Shown here one piece after another: positions 9,735-19,441 of a stretch of DNA of 64,000 nt. The DNA comes from a bacterium. Its GTDB lineage: Bacteria > Patescibacteriota > Minisyncoccia > Phycocordibacterales > UBA9973. The stretch is taken from the NCBI GenBank assembly GCA_037127795.1, contig JBAXXQ010000001.1, positions 405,198 to 469,197 of the forward strand, in the 5' to 3' direction. The number at the start of each line of letters is the position of its first letter. Position 1 is the stretch's first letter. The notes beneath the pieces were generated by a model. It was not told where the DNA came from. It worked only from the letters and a program-made list of their open reading frames with translations, and did not search any database. A program made the translations under genes and the position numbers.

Positions 9735-9980
9735 CTACTTAGAAGATACACTAACAAGATCGGTGATCTTTTCAAATGGAACAATCCTTTTTTCAGGAAA
9801 GAAACCTCCAATAAGTGGAATCAAAGTTTTTTGAATTCCTACTTTTTTTAGCCTACCAAGGCTATCCCTTAATTCTATAAGGTAGTTGGTAATTGAACCA
9901 TTGTTTGCAATCTCCAGCAGCTTGTTGGTAGTAAGAACTGCAGAAATTTTTTTTGGAACGGAATTAATGTGTTGTGACAT
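9735..9980 (-). CDS. Hypothetical small protein
   Basis: 81-aa ORF with its own terminator. No motif recognised. Confidence 0.35.
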   Translation of the reverse strand: MSQHINSVPKKISAVLTTNKLLEIANNGSITNYLIELRDSLGRLKKVGIQKTLIPLIGGFFPEKRIVPFEKITDLVSVSSK

Positions 9981-10056
9981 AATAACTTTTTTTAAATAGT
10001 ACGTTTTAAAAAATATTTTGTCAAATAAGCCGTACTCTGCTATGCTCTATATGCAC

Positions 10057-10130
10057 GCGCGGTTAGCTCATTTGGTTAGAGCGCTACATTGACATTGTAG
10101 AGGTGACAGGTTCGAATCCTGTATCGTGCA
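10057..10130 (+). tRNA. tRNA-Val(GAC)
   Basis: Acceptor GCGCGGT/ATCGTGC (two G-U pairs), D-arm GCTC-ATTTGGTTA-GAGC, anticodon arm CTACA-TTGACAT-TGTAG (anticodon GAC), T-arm ACAGG-TTCGAAT-CCTGT, discriminator A. Confidence 0.8.
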
Positions 10131-10273
10131 CAATCAAAAAATCTCAGGCTTTTGCTTTGGGATTTTTTGATATGCCTGAAGCTGGATTCGAACCGGAGGC
10201 AAAATTTCTGATGAAGAAGTTTTGTTTCGAGTGCCAGCAGGCGCGAGAAGCAAGTCCTCTACTGTGCACAATT

Positions 10274-10312
10274 AAAAAATCCCTCAATAGTTATGCTACT
10301 GAGGGATTTTGG
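10274..10312. terminator. Bidirectional terminator hairpin (10-bp stem). Terminates the 10320.. gene on the minus strand.
   Basis: aaatccctca-atagttatgctac-tgagggattt, flanked by an A-run and a T-run. Confidence 0.6.
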
Positions 10313-10319
10313 AAACCAA

Positions 10320-10967
10320 TTAACTATGGTAATACATTAAGCAATCCTTTATGGTCTCATAAACTTTTTCTGGTTCCTTTTCTCCAGAAATTTCATAAAA
10401 ATGAATATGAGATCCGGTATGTGTATCAACCTGTTCTTTTAGCCATCTCAAGGCAGGAAGAACATCTACTCCATAAAAAAATAATTTTTCTCTTATTTTT
10501 TCTGGTGTATCGCTATCGTTTCTCCCTCTAAGAGTAATACGCCTTTTTGCCTCATCTTCAGAAATCTGAAGATGAAACACTATGATTTTTTTACCAAAAT
10601 CGGTAAAAAATCTTACCAAAACTTCAGCCTCCATTTTACTTCTTGGAGACCCGTCAATAATCATAGGACCACCTGAATACTCATACAAAAATTTACGCAT
10701 CCACAAAGTGCTTGCGATGTATGCATTTTGTCTTTTACCGGCAACTTGTTTTTCATGCAACATTGCAGAAACTCTTGGAGACATCTTTGATATCTCATCT
10801 CTAAAAAGTTGTCCTGTTTCAGAGATAAATAAATCTTTACCGGTAATCTTCTTATAGTCTTCTTTTAGGAAGGATATTGTCGTTCCTTTCCCACAACAAG
10901 ATTGTCCAATAAAAACAATCACTGGTTCATGTTCAAATACATGCTTAAATACTAATTCTGTTGTCAT
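10320..10967 (-). CDS. Adenylate kinase family nucleoside-monophosphate kinase
   Basis: P-loop GQSCCGKGT and the IDGSPRS (DGFPR-like) NMP-kinase motif. The ORF track begins at 11027; Met21 places the P-loop nearer the N-terminus. Confidence 0.5.
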   Translation of the reverse strand: MTTELVFKHVFEHEPVIVFIGQSCCGKGTTISFLKEDYKKITGKDLFISETGQLFRDEISKMSPRVSAMLHEKQVAGKRQNAYIASTLWMRKFLYEYSGGPMIIDGSPRSKMEAEVLVRFFTDFGKKIIVFHLQISEDEAKRRITLRGRNDSDTPEKIREKLFFYGVDVLPALRWLKEQVDTHTGSHIHFYEISGEKEPEKVYETIKDCLMYYHS

Positions 10968-11052
10968 TTGTACTACATTTTTTATAAACTCTACACTTTT
11001 TTTATAAAAAGTCAAATAAAAAAGCATCTACCATGTAGATGCTTTTAGTACG

Positions 11053-11733
11053 TTATAACTTTAAAAGACTTTGTGTATAAGACGCATTTTTCAAAATTAG
11101 ATCTACAACATTGGCAGTATTCACAAAATTTGAATAATCAATAATTAAGTCTGGTACAAGAATCTTATCTCGAACCAACTGCTGCTCTTTTTCCGCAGTT
11201 ATAATTCTCGACTTAATCTGCTCCTCAGACTCTCCAGTTTCAAGCATTCGTTTTTGTAAACGTCCTAAAAGCTGATCAATAGGAACACTTAAGAATACCC
11301 AAAGAAGTCTATTTTTATAAATTTCTTTCATTCTTTTCCCCCCATTAATATCAAGATCTAATACCATAGACTTATTTTCTCGTATATTAATACGTTCTGC
11401 TTCCGACAGTAATGTACCGTACAGTTTACTATTTCCTTCATATTCATTTGTTTCCAAATAAATATGAGAATGAAATTTTTCTAGTGTTTTGAAGAAATTA
11501 TAATCTTCCCCATCCACCTCATTCGTTCTTTGATCTCGTGTTGCACCAGAAACAGAAAAACCAAAATAGTCTGGTTTTACATTCAAGATACAATGTTGAT
11601 CCTTTTTAATAAGAGTAGATTTTCCAGAACCAGAAGGCCCTGTAACTGCAATATCCCTATAAGGAAGATCTAATGGTAATCTCCTTAAGAAATCTCGTAA
11701 TTCTTGATTTTGAATTGTCATAATAAAAAACAT
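11053..11733 (-). CDS. gmk: Guanylate kinase
   Basis: GPSGSGKSTL P-loop, then SVSATRD..EVDGEDYNF, the guanylate-kinase GMP-binding signature. Confidence 0.75.
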   Translation of the reverse strand: MFFIMTIQNQELRDFLRRLPLDLPYRDIAVTGPSGSGKSTLIKKDQHCILNVKPDYFGFSVSGATRDQRTNEVDGEDYNFFKTLEKFHSHIYLETNEYEGNSKLYGTLLSEAERINIRENKSMVLDLDINGGKRMKEIYKNRLLWVFLSVPIDQLLGRLQKRMLETGESEEQIKSRIITAEKEQQLVRDKILVPDLIIDYSNFVNTANVVDLILKNASYTQSLLKL

Positions 11734-11782
11734 TTTTTATAACACTACCACAATTTCACAAAAATACAATATCTGGTATAGT

Positions 11783-12970
11783 ATGGGCATGAAAATTCTT
11801 AGTATTGAAACAAGTTGCGACGAAACAGGTATTTGTATACTCACATCACACACCCCAGACTCAGTAGAAATATCTGGTAATGCACTCGCTTCTCAAATAG
11901 ATCTTCATGCGCAATATGGGGGCGTTTTCCCTGCTATGGCAAAACGTGAGCACACAGAAAAAATACTCCCACTCACTATAGAAGCACTCTCACAAGCAAA
12001 CCTTTTGGTACAAGAAAAAAGTGAGCTTTCTGAAATACAAAAACAACATATCAGAGATATTTGCACTCGCGACACAGTACTCGCAGACTACCTTATAGAC
12101 TTTTTTTCATCATACAAAAAACCCGATATAGACTATATCGCCTGTACTGTCGGCCCTGGACTTGAACCAGCACTCTGGGTAGGAGTAAATACCGCAAAGT
12201 CTTTTGCAACAATATGGAATATACCACTCATACCTATCAATCACATGGAAGGGCATATCGTGACAGCAGTAATACAAAAAACAACAGGAGAAAATTTTAT
12301 TTTCACAAATCTCGCACTTCCCGCTCTTGCATTACTTGTTTCTGGTGGGCACACAGAGCTCGTACTTGTAGAAAATATTGGGCACTATACAAAAATCGGC
12401 CAAACACGAGATGATGCTGTCGGCGAAGCATTCGACAAAATAGCGCGCATGCTCGGCCTTGCATATCCTGGAGGTCCCAAGGTTTCAAAGCTTGCAAAAG
12501 AATTTCGCGCAAGTGGCACAACACAACCTTTTATACTTCCTCGCCCTATGATGCATACACAAGATTATGATTTTTCATTTTCTGGTATAAAAACCGCCAT
12601 GCTCTATACTATCCGAGATCTTACCGAGCAAAACACTCGCGAGCTTACTGATGAAGAAAAATCTGCACTTGCATGCGCATTTGAAGATGCTGCGATAGAA
12701 GTGTTGATCAAAAAAACTATGCGTGCTGTAGCAGAGCACCACATACAGACACTTATTATTGGTGGTGGTGTTGCTGGTAATACCTACCTCAAAGAGCAAC
12801 TCACCCTCGCAACAAATAAGGCAGGTATTACACTCCTTACACCAGAACAATGGCTTGCGACAGACAATGCCGTCATGATCGGCCTCGCCGCGACCCTCCA
12901 AGTACTCTCTGGTAATATACATACCCCCGAGCTTTCTACTATACGCGCTGATGGAAATATGACTTTATAG
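11783..12970 (+). CDS. tsaD: tRNA N6-adenosine threonylcarbamoyltransferase TsaD (Kae1/Gcp family)
   Basis: ILSIETSCDETGICI and the later VSGGHTELV / GIIGGGVAGN motifs of the Kae1/TsaD family. Confidence 0.85.
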   Translation: MGMKILSIETSCDETGICILTSHTPDSVEISGNALASQIDLHAQYGGVFPAMAKREHTEKILPLTIEALSQANLLVQEKSELSEIQKQHIRDICTRDTVLADYLIDFFSSYKKPDIDYIACTVGPGLEPALWVGVNTAKSFATIWNIPLIPINHMEGHIVTAVIQKTTGENFIFTNLALPALALLVSGGHTELVLVENIGHYTKIGQTRDDAVGEAFDKIARMLGLAYPGGPKVSKLAKEFRASGTTQPFILPRPMMHTQDYDFSFSGIKTAMLYTIRDLTEQNTRELTDEEKSALACAFEDAAIEVLIKKTMRAVAEHHIQTLIIGGGVAGNTYLKEQLTLATNKAGITLLTPEQWLATDNAVMIGLAATLQVLSGNIHTPELSTIRADGNMTL

Positions 12971-13010
12971 CCTTTTTGAAAAAAGCTTCAAATAATGCTA
13001 TATTTTACCT

Positions 13011-15182
13011 ATGAATACCGGCACAAACTACACTGTTCCTGAAAAGCTTTTACAAGCATACGCACCAGACAAAGAAGAATCGCGCATATATGACATATGG
13101 GAAAAATCAGGGTATTTTACCCCTGAAAATATGATTGCTGCAGGATACACAAAACCTGACGCAAAGCCATACACTATCATCCTCCCTCCTCCCAATGTGA
13201 CAGGTACCCTCCACATGGGCCATGCATTGATGGTGACCGTCCAAGATATTCTCATCCGCTACAAACGTATGTCTGGCTATCGTACTCTCTGGCTCCCCGG
13301 GACAGACCATGCTGCCATTGCAACACAATCAAAAGTAGAAAAAGAAATCCAAAAGAAAGAAGGTAAAAGTCGCTATGATCTCGGTCGCGAAGAATTACTT
13401 ACTCGTATCAATACTTTTGCTACACAAAGTCACGATACTATTGTGAGCCAAATGAAAGCAGTCGGCGCAAGTCTCGACTGGTCTCGTGAAGCATTTACTC
13501 TCGATGCAAAACGCAACCTCGCAGTAAATACTATTTTCAAAAAAATGTATGACGAAGGGCTTATCTATCGTGGGCACCGTATCGTAAACTGGGACCCTAA
13601 AGGACAAACCACTATTTCAGATGATGAGATAGTATATGAGGAAGAAAAAACTACATTCTATTATTTTAAATATGGACCATTTACTATTGGTACTGCTCGC
13701 CCAGAAACAAAATTCGGAGATAAGTATGTAGTAATGCATCCAGCAGATAAGAGATATACAGAATATACCCATGGTCAACAAATTGAGCTTGAATGGATTA
13801 ATGGACCACTCACCGCAACAATAATAAAAGACGAAGCTATTGATATGGAATTTGGTACAGGTGTTATGACTATTACCCCGTGGCACTCTTTGGTTGACTT
13901 TGAAATTGCTGAACGGCACGGACTTGATAAGGAACAAATCATTGACCAATACAGCAAACTACTCCCTATAGCTGGAGAATTTGCAGGAATGAAAATAAAA
14001 GACGCTCGAGAAAAAATTGTTGAAAAGCTTCGCGCAAAAGGACTTGTAGAAAAAGAGGAAGCTTATGTTCATAATATTGCAACAGCAGAACGTACTGGTG
14101 GTATTATCGAACCTCAAATAAAATTGCAATGGTTCATCAATGTAAACTTGCCCATTGTAGAGCGTGGTAACAAAACTCTCAAAGAGCTCATGCGTAAACC
14201 AGTCGCAGATGGTGCTATACGTATCGTGCCAGATTATTTTGGTAAAACGTATTTTCACTGGATTGATAACCTCAAAGACTGGTGCATCTCTCGCCAAATT
14301 TGGTACGGACACCGTGTCCCTGTATGGTACAAAGATCAAGAAATATATTGTGGTATCAATGCACCCGAGGGGGCAGATTGGAAACAAGATGAAGATACAC
14401 TTGATACATGGTTTTCTTCTGCATTGTGGACATTCTCTACACTCGGCTGGCCAGATATGACAGAGGATCTCAAAATATACCATCCTACCGATGTACTCGA
14501 GACAGGGTATGAAATTCTTTTCTTCTGGGTAGCTCGTATGATACTCATGACACAATACGCGCTTGGCGATATTCCCTTCAAAACTATATACCTCCATGGT
14601 ACTGTTCGCGATGGTCAAGGCCGCAAGATGAGTAAGTCTCTCGGTAATGGTATCGACCCTATAGAAATTGCACAAAAATACGGCTCAGATGCCGGACGTA
14701 TGGCACTTATTATTGGTACTGCTGCAGGGACAGATAGTAAGATTTCAGAAGACAAAATCAAAGGACAAAAACACTTTGCGAATAAGCTTTGGAATATCAC
14801 TCGTTTCGTTTTGACCAATTACAATGAAGCACAATCTAGTACTCCATTTACAGATGCAGATCAAAAACTTCTCGATGAATGGACTACTGTCGCAAAAGAA
14901 ATCGGCACAGCAATAGATGAATACAAGCTTCACATTGCCGCAGAATCTGTATACCAATATATCTGGAGTGTATTTGCAGACAAGATTCTCGAAGAAAGTA
15001 AGCCGCTTCTACAAAGTGAAGATATAGCTATCAAACATTCTCGTAGTCGTCTCTTATATACACTCCTTGTTGGTAATCTCAAACTCCTCCATCCGTTTAT
15101 GCCTTTTGTGACTGAAGCGATCTGGGAAGTATTACCAGAAAAAGAATCACCACTCATCATGGTTGCGACATGGCCGCAATAA
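13011..15182 (+). CDS. valS: Valyl-tRNA synthetase, short form without a long C-terminal coiled coil
   Basis: PPPNVTGTLHMGHAL (HIGH region), RTLWLPGTDHAAIATQ, and KMSKSLGN (KMSKS). The ValRS anticodon-binding region follows. Confidence 0.85.
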   Translation: MNTGTNYTVPEKLLQAYAPDKEESRIYDIWEKSGYFTPENMIAAGYTKPDAKPYTIILPPPNVTGTLHMGHALMVTVQDILIRYKRMSGYRTLWLPGTDHAAIATQSKVEKEIQKKEGKSRYDLGREELLTRINTFATQSHDTIVSQMKAVGASLDWSREAFTLDAKRNLAVNTIFKKMYDEGLIYRGHRIVNWDPKGQTTISDDEIVYEEEKTTFYYFKYGPFTIGTARPETKFGDKYVVMHPADKRYTEYTHGQQIELEWINGPLTATIIKDEAIDMEFGTGVMTITPWHSLVDFEIAERHGLDKEQIIDQYSKLLPIAGEFAGMKIKDAREKIVEKLRAKGLVEKEEAYVHNIATAERTGGIIEPQIKLQWFINVNLPIVERGNKTLKELMRKPVADGAIRIVPDYFGKTYFHWIDNLKDWCISRQIWYGHRVPVWYKDQEIYCGINAPEGADWKQDEDTLDTWFSSALWTFSTLGWPDMTEDLKIYHPTDVLETGYEILFFWVARMILMTQYALGDIPFKTIYLHGTVRDGQGRKMSKSLGNGIDPIEIAQKYGSDAGRMALIIGTAAGTDSKISEDKIKGQKHFANKLWNITRFVLTNYNEAQSSTPFTDADQKLLDEWTTVAKEIGTAIDEYKLHIAAESVYQYIWSVFADKILEESKPLLQSEDIAIKHSRSRLLYTLLVGNLKLLHPFMPFVTEAIWEVLPEKESPLIMVATWPQ

Positions 15183-15856
15183 ACAATCCACAACTTTGGT
15201 TTGCGATACTCTCCGGACTTCTTCCGAGTGTTATTTGGTTGTACTTTTGGATGCGCCACGGCAGAGGTGAGCACGAACCACTCGGGCTTATTATATTTTG
15301 TTTTATTTGTGGGGCACTTGCAGTACTTATTGCGAGTCCGCTTGAAGCCGCAACAAAAGGAATTCTCGACCACAACATCACTCGTATCGCGACATGGGCA
15401 AGTATCGAAGAAGTACTCAAACTAGTCGCCTGCTCGCTCATAGCGCTCCACAGCGACTATAGCGACCGCCCTATAGATCCTGCAATGTACCTTATTGCTA
15501 CCGCACTTGGTTTTGCTGCATTGGAAAATATTTTCTACATCATAAATCCAACATACGGACTTAATATCACCGCAGGACTACTCACTGGAGGACTTCGATT
15601 CTTTGGCTCAACACTCCTCCATGCAATATCGAGCTGCTTCATCGGTATATCTATAGGACTTGCACCAAAAGAAATGCGTTGGTTCTTTATGATATTCGGT
15701 CTCGGCGGTGCAATTTTCTTGCATACTACGTTTAATTTTTTTATACTTAAAAATACAGCAGCGAGCTTCTTGCAAATTTATGGATATTTGTGGATTGCTG
15801 CAATTATTAGCCTCCTTATATTAGAAAAACTTCGTCGTCTTTCGCGCGATAATTAA
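15170..15856 (+). CDS. PrsW-family intramembrane metalloprotease-like protein
   Basis: Polytopic membrane protein with the EEVLK (EExxK) motif, FxxxH (FLHTT) and HAISSC, as in PrsW/CAAX-like proteases. Confidence 0.45.
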   Translation: MAAINNPQLWFAILSGLLPSVIWLYFWMRHGRGEHEPLGLIIFCFICGALAVLIASPLEAATKGILDHNITRIATWASIEEVLKLVACSLIALHSDYSDRPIDPAMYLIATALGFAALENIFYIINPTYGLNITAGLLTGGLRFFGSTLLHAISSCFIGISIGLAPKEMRWFFMIFGLGGAIFLHTTFNFFILKNTAASFLQIYGYLWIAAIISLLILEKLRRLSRDN

Positions 15857-15867
15857 ATTATATTTAT

Positions 15868-16368
15868 ATGACAAAAAAAAGATCTTTTTTCGAACGACTT
15901 ACTGGGAATCTCAAACTCGATGAACTAGATGAAGATATTGTAGAAGAAAAAGAAATACATCTCGAAGTACCAGATACTGGCCGTCGTATCCCTGTATACC
16001 AAGAAGACGATGAAGAAGAAAATCACGAAGAGGAAGAAATCGGCGAGCTCGCTATCGATATGCACGAAACACCAAAAGAGGTTATTGTGCAAGCGTTTAT
16101 TGCAGGAGTCCCTCATGAGCACCTCACTATAAATATCACTCGCGATACACTCACTATCTCTGGCAAACGCGAAGAGCATCGTATTACCAACAAAGACTCT
16201 GTACACATCAGAGAGCTTTATTGGGGCTCATTTGAGCGTACTGTAGATCTCCCTGCAGAAGTAGACGTAGATCAATCTGAAGCACTCGAAAAGCACGGCA
16301 TGCTCATTGTCCGCCTACCAAAAATCGACAAAGGCCGCAAAACCACTCTCAAAGTAAAGCCTTTATAG
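15868..16368 (+). CDS. Hsp20/alpha-crystallin family small heat-shock protein
   Basis: Alpha-crystallin domain pattern: MHETPKEVIVQAFIAGV...LTISGKRE...FERTVDLP...GMLIVRLPK. Confidence 0.8.
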   Translation: MTKKRSFFERLTGNLKLDELDEDIVEEKEIHLEVPDTGRRIPVYQEDDEEENHEEEEIGELAIDMHETPKEVIVQAFIAGVPHEHLTINITRDTLTISGKREEHRITNKDSVHIRELYWGSFERTVDLPAEVDVDQSEALEKHGMLIVRLPKIDKGRKTTLKVKPL

Positions 16369-16387
16369 AATATAAATTCCGCATAAG

Positions 16388-16417
16388 AAAATCCCGACAC
16401 GTATGCCGGGATTTTTT
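16388..16417. terminator. Bidirectional terminator shared by hsp20 (+) and the 16447..17226 gene (-)
   Basis: aaaatcccg-acacgtatgc-cgggatttt, with flanking A and T runs. Confidence 0.6.
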
Positions 16418-16446
16418 GTAAATAAGTTTTGCAAGATTGTAAAAAA

Positions 16447-17226
16447 TTAAAGAACAACTTCGCAAGGACCGTAATAAGAATCTTGTCTATCACGAAAGTT
16501 TCGGTAGATACGGAACCTGCCATCAACATTCCTGCACATCCCCATAGCATCATCCCAAATATTGAGAGCATGAAACCCAATAAAAGATCGTATTACTTCA
16601 CCTGTTTCTACGCGATAGCGAAGTGCTGAGATAATACCTTCAATAGGTGTCATAAAATGTAAAGGTTCTTTTGAAAAAACATTATATGATTTTCCTAAAT
16701 GCTCAGCATCAGGACCTTGTCCACCCCTGTGTAATATAAGACGATTGTCTGTAATTCTGGTTTGCTGGGTTTTAATACAATCATGAATAATATGGTAATA
16801 TTCGCTCACACTGTCTTTTCCAAAAATTTCTACATATTTATTATATATATCATCTTCGGTAAAGCAGTTTGGTATGTATTCCAAAATATTAAAACCTTCT
16901 TTTTCTTCCGGAAGTGTGAGCTTGCTCCAATCAATATCATGATTGAAATACTTTTTCCAAAAAATTGAAAGTTTTTCTTGTTGCCTGTCCCAAACAGTAA
17001 TTAATATATGAGTTGTCTCATCAACTACCGCAGATGCAATTTCTTTAGCGCGACCCTTTCCAGGACCTGTCAAAAGTTGCTGCATTTGTTTTTTAGAAAA
17101 ACCACGTTGTCCCATTTTTTCAACTACTGATTGGGCAATCAGGAGGCCAAATTGTGCATATTGTGCACCTGTAGCCACTTCTTTTTCTAGACTCATTCTT
17201 GAGAATAATTTTGTTTTAAAGAGCAA
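16447..17226 (-). CDS. Hypothetical protein, immediately outside the integrative element
   Basis: 259-aa ORF with an upstream sigma70-like promoter. No motif recognised. Confidence 0.4.
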   Translation of the reverse strand: MLFKTKLFSRMSLEKEVATGAQYAQFGLLIAQSVVEKMGQRGFSKKQMQQLLTGPGKGRAKEIASAVVDETTHILITVWDRQQEKLSIFWKKYFNHDIDWSKLTLPEEKEGFNILEYIPNCFTEDDIYNKYVEIFGKDSVSEYYHIIHDCIKTQQTRITDNRLILHRGGQGPDAEHLGKSYNVFSKEPLHFMTPIEGIISALRYRVETGEVIRSFIGFHALNIWDDAMGMCRNVDGRFRIYRNFRDRQDSYYGPCEVVL

Positions 17227-17241
17227 TATTACTCTTTATTA

Positions 17242-17270
17242 TATAATAGCATATTTATATATAAAAGTCA
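17242..17270 (-). promoter_or_regulatory. Sigma70-like promoter (TTGACT-17 nt-TATTAT) for the 16447..17226 gene
   Basis: Minus strand reads acTTGACTtttatatataaatatgcTATTAT about 15 nt upstream of the ATG. A 30-nt block is nearly identical to the promoter at 48028..48056. Confidence 0.45.
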
Positions 17271-17322
17271 AGTATATATAGTCTATATAAGAAAAACACC
17301 TTCATTTCGAAGGCGTTTTTCT

Positions 17323-17392
17323 TTTGTGCTTGAGACCAGACTTGAACTGGTGACATCTCCCTCTTCAGGGGAGCGCTCTACCAACTGAGCTA
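17323..17392 (-). repeat. 70-nt direct repeat: partial copy of the tRNA-Phe 3' portion (attR-like end of the integrated element)
   Basis: Identical to 25320..25389. Here the 5' acceptor arm is replaced by non-complementary sequence (GCTCAGA vs the required GCTTGAG), so this copy is not a functional tRNA. Confidence 0.8.
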
Positions 17393-17576
17393 TCTGAGCG
17401 TTGGTATTTCCTTTATTATGCAATGTATTTTAATGATTTAGAGCCTATAATCCCCTTTTTGCCCTAAGCCTGTTTACATCCTGAAAAACCTTTATCTATT
17501 ACAATAATGTTTTCTAATAAACGACTTTGTAATAATATCAAATTTATATAAAATAATCAATTTACCGTATGTTTTT

Positions 17577-19061
17577 TTAAATTTCAGTATTAGCTGGTAT
17601 AAATTCCTTAACTTGAATGCTAATTTTAGGATAAACAAGTGACATTATAAATAAGGTTTTATTAACAATATCCAACATATCTTCTGTTACAGAATTCATT
17701 AAAGGAAATTGATATAAAGGTAGCCTGTGGAACCTATGCAACGGATTATAACATTTTTGATATACAGACTCTCTTATAGCCAACCAATTGGCATGAACAA
17801 AAGATGATGTATACGCATAATACTTATCATACATATTTTTTTCTCCAATATATTCGCATATTTTTCTTAGATCAAGAGAATCCCAATGTCCTAAATTAAT
17901 AGGAATAAATTCAACCCATACATCTTCATTTGCAATTTGTTCTATTTTTTCCTTATTAATACTAAAGCTTTTTAAATTACCCTCTTCAAATTTACGATAA
18001 ATTAAATTAGCTTGACCTGAACCATAAGAACGATACTCACTCCATATTTCTGGATTCTCAAATTCTTTTTTTATTAAATATGCTAATGTTGCGTAAGTTT
18101 CAAACAATATTCGGAGCATTACCCTGCCATTAATTGATAATCCTGTTTTATACATATTATTTTCAATAAATATTGTAAGAGCATACATAGTAAGACCAAA
18201 AACTGCTTCATGTTTTGGGTCAACAGCCGAAGTTGTAGATGTTTCTATAGAATGGTCAATGAGTTCATTCCACACTTTTTGGGTTTCTTTATAATAATGA
18301 TCATGACTTTTTGTAATTTCATTCTCTAAACCTTTATATTTAACATTTTTTTCACCTTCTATACTGTCCTCAGAAATACAACCTGTAAAATTATATGAAT
18401 AGTTCCAAAAATCCATAGCCCAAGTATTCATACTAATACCTGGTATTTGCATAATCTCTGCAGCTCTAATCATAGGCCTAACCTTTCTTTGATCCCCTTT
18501 GTTCGGATAATTTAAAATTTCAGACAACATATCTGGTGGAACATGCATTTTACCACTATTAATTGCAGCTGTTAGCTTAAGCCATCTACAATCTGTAGCT
18601 TTTTGAGATTGATGCCATAAACAATCTTGTACAGCATTACCTAGTGTAGACCAATCCTTAATCGGAACGGGTTTTTTATTTATTACATCTTCCCATTCCT
18701 TAATAAAAGGAAGATTTGGAAAAAGTAAAATTGGACGCAAAAGAGTACATATATCTTCTTTGGCATAAGAACAAATATGTGTTATAAATGCGATACGATC
18801 TAATTCAGAAAATTTTGAAATACCAGAAATTGTTATATCGAATAAATCTTTTTTATTAAGAGTAAATTCTAAACAATACCTAAAAAAGGCCAAAGCATCC
18901 TCTCTTTCTAATTGAGATATAATTAATACAGCCCACAATATTTCTGGAAGCCTATCATCTATCCATGAAGCTTTAGTCATTCCTATTTGAGCTAGTGGTG
19001 GGGTCAGCTTTTTACCTTCTTTTTTATATTTACTTAGCTCAGTTTCGTTTTTACCTTTCAT
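17577..19061 (-). CDS. Hypothetical 494-aa protein (element cargo)
   Basis: Long AT-rich ORF inside the element. Predicted helical, no catalytic motif recognised by eye. Co-oriented with, and 10 nt downstream of, the small basic protein gene. Confidence 0.45.
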   Translation of the reverse strand: MKGKNETELSKYKKEGKKLTPPLAQIGMTKASWIDDRLPEILWAVLIISQLEREDALAFFRYCLEFTLNKKDLFDITISGISKFSELDRIAFITHICSYAKEDICTLLRPILLFPNLPFIKEWEDVINKKPVPIKDWSTLGNAVQDCLWHQSQKATDCRWLKLTAAINSGKMHVPPDMLSEILNYPNKGDQRKVRPMIRAAEIMQIPGISMNTWAMDFWNYSYNFTGCISEDSIEGEKNVKYKGLENEITKSHDHYYKETQKVWNELIDHSIETSTTSAVDPKHEAVFGLTMYALTIFIENNMYKTGLSINGRVMLRILFETYATLAYLIKKEFENPEIWSEYRSYGSGQANLIYRKFEEGNLKSFSINKEKIEQIANEDVWVEFIPINLGHWDSLDLRKICEYIGEKNMYDKYYAYTSSFVHANWLAIRESVYQKCYNPLHRFHRLPLYQFPLMNSVTEDMLDIVNKTLFIMSLVYPKISIQVKEFIPANTEI

Positions 19062-19071
19062 ATTAATATTT

Positions 19072-19389
19072 TCATCTTACCTTCTCTCTTTCTTGAGCAA
19101 GTGCTTTTAATGAAAATACTGGTTTAATAGTCATATCCATAGTATCTTTTGGTCTTCCCCAAGCACGATCTGACAACCATTTACGGGCCTCAGGATCGCC
19201 ATTTTTAGCCTGCTCAATAGCTTTATCTACAATTGGTCCAAACTCAGTAAAAAGCTTTAATGCGAGCAATTCACGTGCTTTTTCATGCTCAAGTGCAGCA
19301 ACACCTTTTTTTCTTCCAGCACCTATTCGTTTGCCACCTCGTTGTATTTCCATGTTAATATTATACCATAAAAAGTGCTTGTTTACCAA
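19072..19389 (-). CDS. Small basic putative DNA-binding protein (possible excisionase/regulator of the element)
   Basis: Lys/Arg-rich N-terminus (GGKRIGAGRKKG), ~100 aa, first gene of a minus-strand pair in the element. The function is inferred from context only. Confidence 0.3.
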   Translation of the reverse strand: MVNKHFLWYNINMEIQRGGKRIGAGRKKGVAALEHEKARELLALKLFTEFGPIVDKAIEQAKNGDPEARKWLSDRAWGRPKDTMDMTIKPVFSLKALAQEREKVR

Positions 19390-19441
19390 TTTGAATTATT
19401 GATTGATATCAAAAATATTAGTGTATTAATTAGTATTAAAT

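Noticed and set aside
10176-10272. Possible tmRNA or second tRNA suggested by ggattcgaacc (reverse-complement T-loop) and a gtgcaca 3' end.
   Set aside because: Neither strand gives a tRNA fold with paired T-stem and acceptor stem. A full-length tmRNA would have to overlap the neighbouring CDS. It is better explained as a decayed duplication or att remnant, reported separately as a low-interest finding.
10103-10531. 142-aa plus-strand ORF starting inside tRNA-Val.
   Set aside because: It overlaps a tRNA gene, a strong bidirectional terminator hairpin and the 3' end of the convergent kinase gene, so it is not plausible as a gene.
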